In this document: one piece after another, positions 23,821 to 34,774 of the stretch | Layout of the letters: every line of letters starts with the position of its first letter | Numbering within the stretch: position 1 is the first letter of the stretch | Program-made: the position numbers and the translations under genes | Notes under the pieces: generated by a model | Told to the model about the DNA's origin: nothing | Databases searched by the model: none | The model's input: only the letters and a program-made list of their open reading frames with translations | Source of the DNA: Mobula hypostoma | Lineage: Eukaryota | NCBI RefSeq assembly: GCF_963921235.1 | Contig: NC_086097.1 | Coordinates: 109,990,001-110,054,000, forward strand | DNA length: 64,000 bases | Direction: 5' to 3'

Positions 23821-26339
23821 ACCTAATAGATCGAAATGTTTTTCTGCCCAGGGTCAGGACCCTAAACTGAGAAAAATCCATATTACATCCTTTCTTTAAA
23901 ACAATTGCTTGTAAAATAAACAGCAATCTAATAACTTACTGAAAACTTTTAATCATGGCTTCAGTCTTGGCTAAAATGGCAAGACACTGCCAAACAGAAT
24001 CCCTCGTGGTAAACTAACTTTCTCCCTTCTGTGTATGGTGGAATGAAGACGGTTGCCTTAATCCAGAGTTAACCTTTGCTTCCAAGTTTGAGTTTCCTGA
24101 AATATTCAATGAAAGTATGCCTTAATATCTGCAATGGTCTTCTACCACGTATGCCCATCGGGACTTAATCAGAAATGAACAGTGCCTCGATGCTTTAATC
24201 TGGTTTTATTGATATTCTATGTCAAATTGTTAAGGGCATTTCAATCTGTTGCCCCGAAAGAGATTCTTACACACTACTAAAAGAAGATGACAGCAGAAAC
24301 CCAATTCACTTCCGTAAATAGTCAAGATCATAACTCTCCGATCTCACTCCTGTATCCTGCGTAACTTAACTTTATTGGTCTTGAGCAAGAACTGGATTCG
24401 GGGTCCCTGATATTGCCCTTTCGTAGCATTGAAACTTTTGGAGGTAATCAGCGCTTTTCTTATGGGAAAAATAATCTCGGAAATCATGGTTTATTCTGTT
24501 TATTGCTAATGATTAAAAGAGTACCTTTTTCTTCTCACACAAGATCGTCCAAAGACACAGTGGCTACTGACAACCTCCAGCACCAAACTAAACTTTGGAA
24601 ACGGAGGCCCTAGAACCGACTGGCCCTTGCTACACTTTTAGTATCATGGATTTGGTCAGATTTAATATTTTTTCCTCTCCTCATCCCACCTCTCAATCCT
24701 CGCGGGACGAGAGAAAGACTGGGCGAAGTGTTAAAGTTGCATAGTTATCTCTGCCAGGGACACCACTCTTATAACAACGCCCTCACTAAAGAACGTAACC
24801 ACGGAAGAATGCTTCCACTTCTCGCCACAAATGTAAATGGAGAGATTAACGACCCGGCGATCTCCCTTAAAGAAAGTCACACCGGGACATCTGGGCCACA
24901 GGGAAATGAGGTGAACGGTATAATTTGGCTATAAAGCTGAATGTGTGCTTAAGCAATGTAGAAAACGGGAGACGTAACAATTTCTCTATATTCTCGTTGA
25001 TATTTCTTGCGAGGACTTAACTAAGATATTCAATTTTAACTCACTCTAATACTAGTTTCTCATCAACAAAATTAAAATAAAAACATCTTGCGCGGAAACA
25101 GATAATAGGGGAAAGAATGCTTTGTGTATATAAAATGATTTCCCGTCTCTTCTTGAACATCTAGGATTCTGGAACCAACTCCCAAAGGGCAATGGTACCA
25201 AGGCGTTTATCAGATTCTTAAAATGTCAGCTTTTCCTGTGAGATTCTATCATCATCATATTTTACTTTCAGCTGCTGTAGAAATTGTCATTATGTTTGAA
25301 AACGCAAGATAGATGTATTTTTGGCCCTGTCCATTCGTAATTTGCTTTAACAGTTGTTTGACTTGTCAGATAAGTGTCCTGAACAGTAAATGCTCAATAT
25401 TATTCCATTTTGCCTTTTGTTTTGTTCTGTGTTAAAGCACACTGCATAAGTTTTTTTTCTAATACATGAACACAGCCTAAAATGCCTACGTCTCAGTGGG
25501 TATTGCCAGTGGCTACTGCAAGCTGGCAACGCAGCAGGCTTCGAATGAGATGCGGCTCCGTGCCGAACCAGGGAAAAGAAAAAAACAGTTAGACTGACAA
25601 TTTTTGCTCCATACTTGCTGTCAACTGATTCTTCGGGTTAATTTTGAATGAAATTTCAGTTCAGTATGAAAGCAAAGAAAATAATTAGAAAATGGTTGTT
25701 TTTGAACGTAATCTGTATGTCCTGGTACATTATTAAGTGGAAAACAAGATTTTCACAATGCCTTTCATGTGCTTTAATGGCTCAGTAGATGGAATGGAGA
25801 AATCGTCAATAAATTGCCACTCTTTAAACTGAGAAATGCAGGGAATTGAATCGTTGCTGGTTTAATAAAATAAGATGCTTCACCTGCTTTATTCCTAAAA
25901 ACAGGAAATAAATTTCTATAGCACATATATGACGTCGCACTAAAGATGAATTAAGTTAATGTTTGCAGTTTCAGGCAATGAGACCTGATGGCGGTGTCAC
26001 TGGTTCGGTTTTCCTCACAATAAAGGAAATCACCAAACGTGACGACAAAGTTTGCCCACTTATGTTTGTCCCAATCAGTTATAGTCCTATTTGTTCGCTT
26101 CTGAAAAATTCAACATCAAAAATATCAATTAAACGTTCTTTTCGAATTGGAGTACTGGGTGGAACGCTTCAATAAATTATCACTATGTTTGCAGATTGCA
26201 ATTTTAAATGTAAATACAACTGCAAGCGGGGAAAATTTGGGGAAACGGCTGAAAGTCTGGAACGTTGTGATAATATGGAAGCCGCATATATCATCAATTA
26301 CAAACACAAGAAAATTTGTAGACGCTTTAAGTCCAACGC

Positions 26340-26340
<1 letters not shown>

Positions 26341-26392
<52 letters not shown>
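26341..26392. repeat. (AC)26 microsatellite
   Basis: Perfect dinucleotide run abutting the end of the fold-back element. Confidence 0.98.
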
Positions 26393-26396
<4 letters not shown>

Positions 26397-26567
26397 CAGA
26401 AAATGCTGGAGGAACTCAGCAGGCCAGGCAACATCCATGGAAAAGAGTAAACAGTCGACGTTTCAATCAAGTCCTGAAAAGGGGCCTTGGCCCGAAACGT
26501 CGACCGTTTACTCTTTTCCATAGGTGCTGCCTAGCCTCCTGGGTTCCTACAGCACTGAGTGTGTTGC
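26397..26567. mobile_element. Fold-back non-autonomous PLE derivative with central hammerhead motif
   Basis: Arms ~26400-26464 and ~26494-26556 are imperfect reverse complements; motif GTC-CTGAAAA-G-GGGCC-TT-GGCCC-GAAAC-GTC-GAC at 26471-26504. Confidence 0.8.
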
Positions 26568-27540
26568 TATCTAATCAATTGTAGTTTTGGCTCTAGCTTT
26601 TCTACAGTAAGTGGCGAGGAGATGGAGATGTTTGTGTGCACATGACGCAAAAGCAGAAGAAAGACTGAACAGTAACAAAGCCCAGGCCTGTGGGAAATAC
26701 TGGATGATCCAGTATTCGAATCGCTAGGTGACACAATGTTACTGCGAACCACGTGAAGCCCTCCAGTTAAATTAATCTGCAGTATTGACATTCAACATTG
26801 GCATTGCTGGTCCGTATTGATATTAAGACCCTGCCGTTTGTAATGTTTTAGATTGGTCAACCATTAATTTCATTTCGCTTAGGCATGATTTGATGGAGCA
26901 AAATTCATCACAGTGTCACAGCTAACCGCCGCACAAGGCCAGTGATTAGCCGATAAATACACCGCGGCTGTGGCGGGGCATATGGTTGTTAACATACAAA
27001 CTCACTACCATGTGGTAAATGCGTCAATGTAGGAATCTGCGGCAAACTATCATTAGGAAATTGCCAATAACATTGAAATCGCTGTTCCTTTAAGATGTAC
27101 AACAACCCAAAGTAATACACATATTTGAAACCATCTATGCTGGCATCTGATATGGACATTCTTAATAACATCCACAGCATACAATTTAATCCATAATATT
27201 AATCAATCAACGATAAATATCAGAACCAACGTATAAAGTTTCCACGAAATGTTCCAATGTGCAACGCTTTTAACAAAAAAAAAGAGGATTTTTCTTCCAT
27301 CATTCCTAAATAGTGCACCATGCTCAGATGTATCGGGTTGATGCTGACATGTGGAAAGACGGTTTAATATAAGGTATGCACGCCATGCTTTTCCCTTTAT
27401 TTTAAACGACTAGCTGATCCTCCTAGCCTCGTTGCTGTCAGCTCGACTGCCCCATGGAGATGATGATAATATTTGATGTCTATGGGCTGCTGCCCCAGCT
27501 CCTGTCTCCCTCGGGGCGCAAGATGCCAGCGTCTGCACCT

Positions 27541-27582
27541 GCCAATCAGCGGCGGCTGCCCGCTGACGTCAGCGGCAGATGG
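27541..27582 (+). promoter_or_regulatory. Putative neurod6 proximal promoter: CCAAT box, full CRE, CAGATG E-box
   Basis: GCCAATC at 27541-27547, TGACGTCA at 27564-27571 and CAGATGG at 27576-27582, in a CpG-rich stretch upstream of a strong splice donor. Confidence 0.6.
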
Positions 27583-27599
27583 CATGGTACCAGTGCAGG

Positions 27600-27733
27600 C
27601 AGTTGGCATCACTGTCACTTCTCAGAGCGATCACACACCGATCCTGCGGAGAGATCCTACCACTGCCGTCAGCCTACGGTGGAACAGCCAACAGGAGCTG
27701 AAAATGAGCATTCTTTCTCAACAGTGATTTCAG
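27600..27733 (+). other. neurod6: Predicted non-coding exon 1 of neurod6 (5' end uncertain)
   Basis: Donor CAG|GTAAGA at 27733/27734. The first AG after a long AG-free pyrimidine tract is at 29093-29094, 8 nt before the ATG. NeuroD genes typically have a non-coding exon 1 and an intronless CDS. Confidence 0.6.
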
Positions 27734-29102
27734 GTAAGAATTCAAAAATAAAATCACGGAAATAACCAAATCATTAGCGCACTAAAAACAGATGCAGAGT
27801 CGTTTTAATTGTTGTCCCCTAGTATGCAACCCTCTTGTTATTGCCTATTTAAATGCTAATATATTGACTTTGCATACAATTCGAAAATTACCAACCTCCC
27901 CTGTAACTGATGACTTCCTTATTTTTGATTGTTATTTCATTCATAGATTTGACGGGACTTTCGTTTAACTTGCCTATATTTGCGTATGATTTTTGATTTG
28001 CAAGGCGCTCGCTTGTCTCCTGAATAACGATGATATGCTAAAGTCAAATCTAATCTTGATTGCGTTCCGAATGCTATGTTTTAAAATTAGTTGCCCAAGT
28101 AAACAAAACCAGCGTCTGAAATGTGGGACAATGTCCTGATATAGAGAAACTTCGAGGCGTAGCAGATTAACTTCGAGGTGAATGTCGAAAATGCAATTGC
28201 AAATTGCAATTTTTCATACTAGGAAGCAAACCCATGACCCTCCATCTGTCAAATGATTTATTACACTGCATAACTAGTGCCGGGGTTGGTGCTATATAAC
28301 ACGTGAAACACTTTAAAAATGATTCTTCTTGATCTCTATCACAGCGCTTAATATTTCATTGAAAATATATATATTCGGAACCGTTTCTCAGTCGATCGTT
28401 TAACTTCCCAGCTCAATGCCGATCTCTGACTATTGTTAATGCTTGTGAAACGAAACAGACGAACCGGCGACATTCCGTACAATATGAGCTTCCTTTGCAA
28501 TTCTGATTCCAGAAAATAACGTCTAATGTATTCCTCCTGGAAAAAAAAACACACGTCGCTTATCGATGTCAGCATTGAACTGGCCGCCGATATCCGCTTC
28601 CCGGTAACAATAATATTATTGTGGACCCCGATGTGCTGTTCCAAGCGGACCCGCAATTTTAATTACTATTCATGGGAGATTTAAGGCCCGTGGGAATCAA
28701 ACCAAAAAGATGGAGCTGTCCAGTTTTCATAACCATATAAATTAAATACTCGCTTTAATATTAACTAAAGTTTTCCAGTATTTTCAAATATAATACTGTG
28801 ATAGGCCACCCTTCACTAAATTTAAGAAAAACCCAGCCGAAAGACGGCCCTGTACACCACTACTGAATGCCATCAATTATTTTTATTTATAATTTATATT
28901 TAAAGACCTTTGTAAATTATTTGACTTTGCCGTAAGAATGATGAAATGTAGCCAATTAATTGTAATGTATCACTGATAGAATTAGAAGTATAACCTGTAT
29001 CGATAACCACATTGTTTCTCTTCCCTGCTCCTAAACCCTAACACCTCCCCCACCCCACCCCCCACCCCCATACCTACTCCCCCGACTCCCAAAGCTGACA
29101 AC

Positions 29103-30110
29103 ATGTTGACATTATCAATTGATGAAGCTGTCATGATGCCGGGAACCAACTTTGATGATGTTAGTGAAACCGAGGACAAAGAATCGGAAATCTGCCCCGA
29201 GCACGAACAGTGCTCCGTTGATCTCAGCAACATTACGCCTTCGGTAGAGTCAGAGAAGGATGACAATGAAAAGGTGGGCGAAGAGGACGAGGAATTACCC
29301 AAAAAGAGAGGGCCCAGGAAGAAGGCGATGACCAAAGCAAGGATTGAGCGAGTCAAAGTGAGGAGGACAGAGGCGAATATGAGAGAAAGAAATCGGATGC
29401 ACGGTCTGAACAATGCCCTGGACAACCTTCGCAAAGTTGTCCCGTGTTATTCCAAAACACAGAAACTATCCAAGATAGAAACTCTGCGCTTAGCTAAAAA
29501 CTACATTTGGGCCCTATCTGAGATCCTACGCATTGGCAAGAGACCCGATCTGCTTACCTTCGTACAAAGTTTGTGCAAGGACTTATCCCAGCCAACTACC
29601 AATCTCGTTGCTGGTTGTCTGCAACTCAATACCAGAAACTTACTGTTGGATCAGAGCGGAGATGGAGCTCACATTGCGAGATCCCAATTTTCCTCCACCC
29701 TCTACACATATCAAAACCCAGATCTGGGTAGCCCCTCGGGACCGAGTTCGATGGATAGCTCCTCAAAGTCCATGAAACCTTACAGCTACTGTGGTGCTTA
29801 CGAGTCTTTCTACCAAAACGCTTCTCCAGAGTGTGCGAGCCCACAATTCGAAGGTCCCCTAAGCCCTCCAATTAACTTTAATGGGATTTTCTCCCTGAAG
29901 CAAGAAGATCCATCTGACTACGTGAAGAATTATCACTATGGCATGCATTATTCCGCCGTGCCAGCCAGCCGTCCCTTCGGACAGAGCTACATGTTCAGCC
30001 CAGCCATGCGATGTGTGATGCCCACAGACAGTACATTTCCTTACGATTTCCATCTGCGCGACGAGACGCTTTCGATGCAGGACGAATTAAATGCGGTTTT
30101 TCATAATTAA
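29103..30110 (+). CDS. neurod6: Neurogenic differentiation factor 6 (NeuroD6/Nex1/Math2), bHLH transcription factor, 335 aa
   Basis: b[51 protein letters not shown] and Neuro_bHLH extension [32 protein letters not shown]. The MLTL N-terminus, [16 protein letters not shown] and C-terminal [11 protein letters not shown] are characteristic of NeuroD6. Confidence 0.96.
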   Translation: MLTLSIDEAVMMPGTNFDDVSETEDKESEICPEHEQCSVDLSNITPSVESEKDDNEKVGEEDEELPKKRGPRKKAMTKARIERVKVRRTEANMRERNRMHGLNNALDNLRKVVPCYSKTQKLSKIETLRLAKNYIWALSEILRIGKRPDLLTFVQSLCKDLSQPTTNLVAGCLQLNTRNLLLDQSGDGAHIARSQFSSTLYTYQNPDLGSPSGPSSMDSSSKSMKPYSYCGAYESFYQNASPECASPQFEGPLSPPINFNGIFSLKQEDPSDYVKNYHYGMHYSAVPASRPFGQSYMFSPAMRCVMPTDSTFPYDFHLRDETLSMQDELNAVFHN

Positions 30111-30566
30111 TGTGCAAAATGGTGGTTATATAGATCACAGGTGATTAAGATAAAATGGTGGGTGGTACATTAAATAATTGATGGAAAAATTGTTTCTAAC
30201 AGGATGTCTGCGATCATATTCGGATGTTACTTGATGGCAGAGAAGCAATAATCTAAAATCTATGCAAGTGAGTAAATTACATATTAAGCAACTACCCCTT
30301 CAAAATATACACCATTTGCCCTCCGTTACCTCTCGCGTACACTTTTCATTTCATGGTCTCATTTGTAAATTTTTTTTTCTTAGTGTCACGGACAAAATAA
30401 CACACTAGTGTGGACTCTGTGGCACAACGGTATTTTGGTCAATTTTACGCTAATGGATCTTAAATAGAGAAATGGGATGTGGAATAATTTTAAGTGCCAC
30501 CTGACACTGAAGGATGCAAGCTCAATATTGTATATAGCAGGCCACATTCTAACTCCAGAAACAGCA

Positions 30567-30572
30567 AATAAA
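30567..30572 (+). promoter_or_regulatory. Candidate polyadenylation signal for neurod6 (alternatives 31087-31092, 31249-31254)
   Basis: AATAAA followed by a T-rich tract at ~30588-30608. Confidence 0.4.
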
Positions 30573-33500
30573 TAATTGGTTTGACAATTTACTTTTTTTT
30601 TGCCTTTTAGTCCTGATTCAGCGTTGTTAACTATCAGTTAGGAGAAACTCATTTTAACAATGATTGTTCCGAGAAGTCAATATTTTCGACAATCTCAGAA
30701 CTGGTGTTTATATTAAACAACATTTTTAGAAATATTTATTTTAAAACACGCTGACTATTTCCAGTCAATTAATTTGATCCTGTGGAAAACTTATTCATAT
30801 AATCGGAATGATTTGATGTTTGCTCGCATCTTTCTTTTGTAATTGGCAGTCAGAAACATTTGGGAGTAATCTGTATGAACGAAGTTTTTAAACAAAAATG
30901 TGAAAATTAGCCGAAGTGCCCTACGAAATGCACTAGCATCCTTCTTCGCCTCAAGGATGTGGAAGTACGGTCTGTATGAATCAACAGACAGAATGAAAAA
31001 TAAGACCGATTGACAATATTTTCTATTTATCGTTTATTCTTCCGTCCTTCTAAACAGTGAAGTGAGCTTCCTTTCTCCCATCCCACAATAAACTCGTTTG
31101 GTTTTGAATGATCTGTGGATTTCTTAAGGGTTCTCCCCTCCCCCCAACGTTTTCAATCTTAGGGGTTTGGTAAAACAGTGGAAGAAAAATTCGTCTCTCG
31201 ACCTCAAATCTCACTCGCTAATCAACATCGGAGTTCTGTGAAATATGTAATAAACTAGAAACAGCGCTTTGCAAATATTTCATATCAGTCTAATATTAGT
31301 GAACACGACAGATCAAACTTTGAGCATTTTGCGTAAAGATGGTGTGAATCTGCCGAACAGCATGGAAATCATATCAATAAATTGATTAGCGCTGTAGTGG
31401 TTGGTCAAACATCCCATTTTTAGCAACCCATCTTTAACATGCACGATTGGTCATCAATAGAATTGTTTTCTGTGTCTTGTATGCTGTGTGAGAAGAATGA
31501 GATGGCATCCATGGGCAAGACTATTGTAACCGGGCCTTACAAATTGCTTTCTAAAGGAGTGAACGTCCAAACTTGAAGCGAGCGGACGGAACGGTTGGTC
31601 CGCGGGGTTTAACTGCCCTTCTCAAAGCATGGTAATTTCACTTCCAGAATTTCACTTTTAGAATTACACTTTTTGTAGTTTGCTTTTTTTCCCCGTGGCA
31701 TACAAGATTAATGTATGCATTTATCTCACTGCCGGAATATGTTTTACCGTGGGAAAAACGCTGAATATTTCATGACCAAACAGGTTATGTACCATTTAGT
31801 AAAATGTGTATAAGTAAGAATTCGGTCGGAATGGCTCGAATCAGGCTGGGAACCATAAAATATTGAAGTACAAAAGTATAAATAATACTGTAGCATTATT
31901 CCTTTCGGTCCACTATTCAAATTCCTTTTAGGACTTGAGAATAGTTAACACTGCCCCACATCCGCTCCGAAGGTCTTTGTAGTAAAGATGCTTCAGAATA
32001 ACGAATTGGATTTTATCACGGAAAATATTCAGATCCATAAATATTATTTTCCTAGGAATTCCATTCATATTATAGAAAATTACATTTCCGGCAGATCAAA
32101 GGCGCCCTGCCCAGGTAGACTACGGCGACAGTGCCACGGGCGGTGCGAAAGTGTAAAGAAACCTGCGGGGAGTGTCACAGGTGTTGCAAATTGTGTCTTC
32201 AGCAACTGGTGACTTCCGAACCTCACAGAAATGCACACATTCTAAAGTACCATTTTGGGACTATTAATCTTAATGCAACACTTGACAACCCGCGCACGCG
32301 TTGATTTACATAATATAACGATATTTTGAGGAATACAGAAAATGTATGAAAATAAGTCGTTAAGGTTTTTACGAACTGCTCCGATCGCTAGTTGAGGTTT
32401 ATCTTTGAACCAGATTCTCCATAAGGGGCGTATTGAAGAATCGTTCTAAATACGTCGATATGTAATACAAGAGAATTGTTAGATTTGCACATTGAATGGA
32501 GACACGCCTAACAGATAAATGATAAGATTTAAATTAGACAGGTAACCAATGCATTTCAAAACAAAAAATCACTTGCTTGATCCCACGGTCAAGGGAAGGG
32601 ATCTAGCTTGCAGTGTTTAAAATATTTCAATTAAAACATGATACGTTACGTGGAATTTTAGGAAAAAAACGTAGCTATGTTGAGTTTTGGTTACAGAATT
32701 TATTTGATATAGCAAACATTGTTTTAATTTAATCGGGAGGTAAAAGCATTTTAATATAGTATTTTAGATATTCAAAGTTAAAATTATATTTCTTTTAAAT
32801 TTAATACGCTTTATAAAATCTTCTTCAAACATCGCAGACTTCATTTTCCCCGTCTTCCTTTACTCACATTGCAACAGGGACCACCCGCATAAATTGCGTT
32901 ACATGAAAATAAGCTATATGTATTAATTGAATGTATCCGCTTAATTAATCGGTGCAGTCGTTAAACATATGGGGACATTTTAAAAAGAAAAGATTTTGCA
33001 CTCAGTGCCATAATAATAATAACAAATTAATTCCTGCTATCGGATTCGCAGGACAGTGCCAGTTAAGCAGCTCTTTTAAGCGAAGTGACCAGAATGTCGT
33101 ACAGGATTCTGTAATCTACTGGGGAACCGTGCCAGAATGCTAACGATTTTATCGCTGCTCATGTCCCAAGCCACCGCTGCCTTCCACCCGGATTTCACAG
33201 GGTAGTAATATTTCTTTGGCAATTAGTTTCTCAACAATGCATCTGTTCTCACCAAATTGTGCATATGTCCCTCAGTTGTTAAGTATGCAGAATGCGTGAG
33301 ATAGCCACATCGCAGCAGCGTTTTCCTTTCTACAAGCAGAATACATTTAGCTGTGCAATCTCACCGTCAACTACACATACTGAGCGAAGTGCAAATAAAT
33401 TCAATTTCAACTAGTAAATTTAAACAAAAACAGCAAAAATTCCTACAGGATGCTCACAGCAAGGGTGTCACTAACTGCCACTCGTTCCCAATTCAACTCG

Positions 33501-33660
33501 TGTGTGTATTGAAGTAACGTTTAGACTAAACAATCTCTTCGTGGTTTAAAAATATCAACGCTTCCGGATCTGCAACATGGTCAATCCGACATTCTGAAGA
33601 AGCCAGAATATCAAGTTAATAGTCGCGGAGCAAACTTTGTTTTAAAAAAAATCTCAGGAG

Positions 33661-33820
33661 GTTCTGCAGATGATGAAAATCTTGAACAACGCACACAAAA
33701 TGCTGAAGGAACTCAGCAAGTCGGGTAGCATCAACGGACGGGAATGAACAGTCGACTTTTCAGGCTGAATTCATTTCCCATTCCCGATGAGGGTCTCGGT
33801 CCTAAACGTTGACTGTTTTT
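33661..33820. mobile_element. Partially inverted PLE-derived short element with degenerate hammerhead motif
   Basis: Minus-orientation tail (cacacaaaatgctgaaggaactcagc...aacagtcgac) followed by plus-orientation ccgatgagggtctcggtcctaaacgttgactg. Confidence 0.7.
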
Positions 33821-34774
33821 GTTTACTTTCAACAAATGAGCCAATATGTATTTTTTTCTATTTGGTCATGGTTAGAGAAGTGCAGTCCTGTTTTATCAAT
33901 GTCTTTGATCTCTGAGGCTGATTAAATGAGCTCAAACACTCCGATTTCGGACATATCTGTGCAGAAACGGAAAATTCTTCTCAAGGACTTTGAACTGTGA
34001 CAACGAACAATAACCAACATTTAAATGCCTGTTGTGCAGGGTGATATCTGGAACTTGACAGAGGTTAAAAGTATCTTGAAGAGGCTTCCACCTCGTTGAT
34101 ATCCACGTTTAATGCAAACGCGCGAAACAAAGACGATTTGCCAATTTGAACATGTTGATAAACCATTAAGAGCGACCTAAATGAGACCTTCGAATTCTAA
34201 CTCCTGTGGGTAGGGACTGAACAAGTTTCGTGAAAAAAAGATAACGAGGTAGACGATTTGACAGTTACTGTGTCAATAAATACAGCTGCTTTTAAAAAGA
34301 AGAACGTTTTTTAGGGAGGTTACCTGAACATTTTGGAATAAATTCTCTTGCATTTAGAATTAAATTTGAAAACTTGTTGTTCGGTTGAAAACTTTAATAT
34401 CGTGAAGGCCACTTTGCAAGTTTGGACAGCCATATAATTGTGTGCGGTGGCAGTATAAGACTTGAGAGGAACGAAAATATACCTGCAGGAACCTCAACAG
34501 CGACCCACTTCGTGTACAGTATATTTTCAGCTCATGGGAAGGAGACGAATCAGTTTACACCTGCCACACAAGGTGAAGAGAAAGAGGAAATGCTCCTTCG
34601 CTATGCTAGAACGTCAGTTCAGAGGTTTTGTTGTCACATCAGCTATTTACAGCTTACTGACTCGTTAGCTGCTGGATCAGGTGGGGTTACTTAAGCAAAA
34701 CCTGTCGGAGGCATCCTAAGTCTTGGCCCGTGATCACACCAGAGCTCTGCTGTATCTAACAACTATTGTTTCAG

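Noticed and set aside
26125..26584. ORFs with HT/CV dipeptide runs
   Set aside because: Translation of the (AC)n microsatellite and the fold-back element.
27454..27765. 103-aa ORF over the promoter/exon 1 as a coding exon
   Set aside because: No homology recognised, the GC-rich region is simply stop-poor, and NeuroD6 begins at the conserved MLTL at 29103.
28712..28732. REST/RE1 site in the neurod6 intron (ggagctgtcc)
   Set aside because: Only one half-site matches; the GGTGCTGAA half is absent.
28982..30053. Antisense and alternate-frame ORFs over neurod6
   Set aside because: Shadow ORFs of the real CDS with no recognisable domains.
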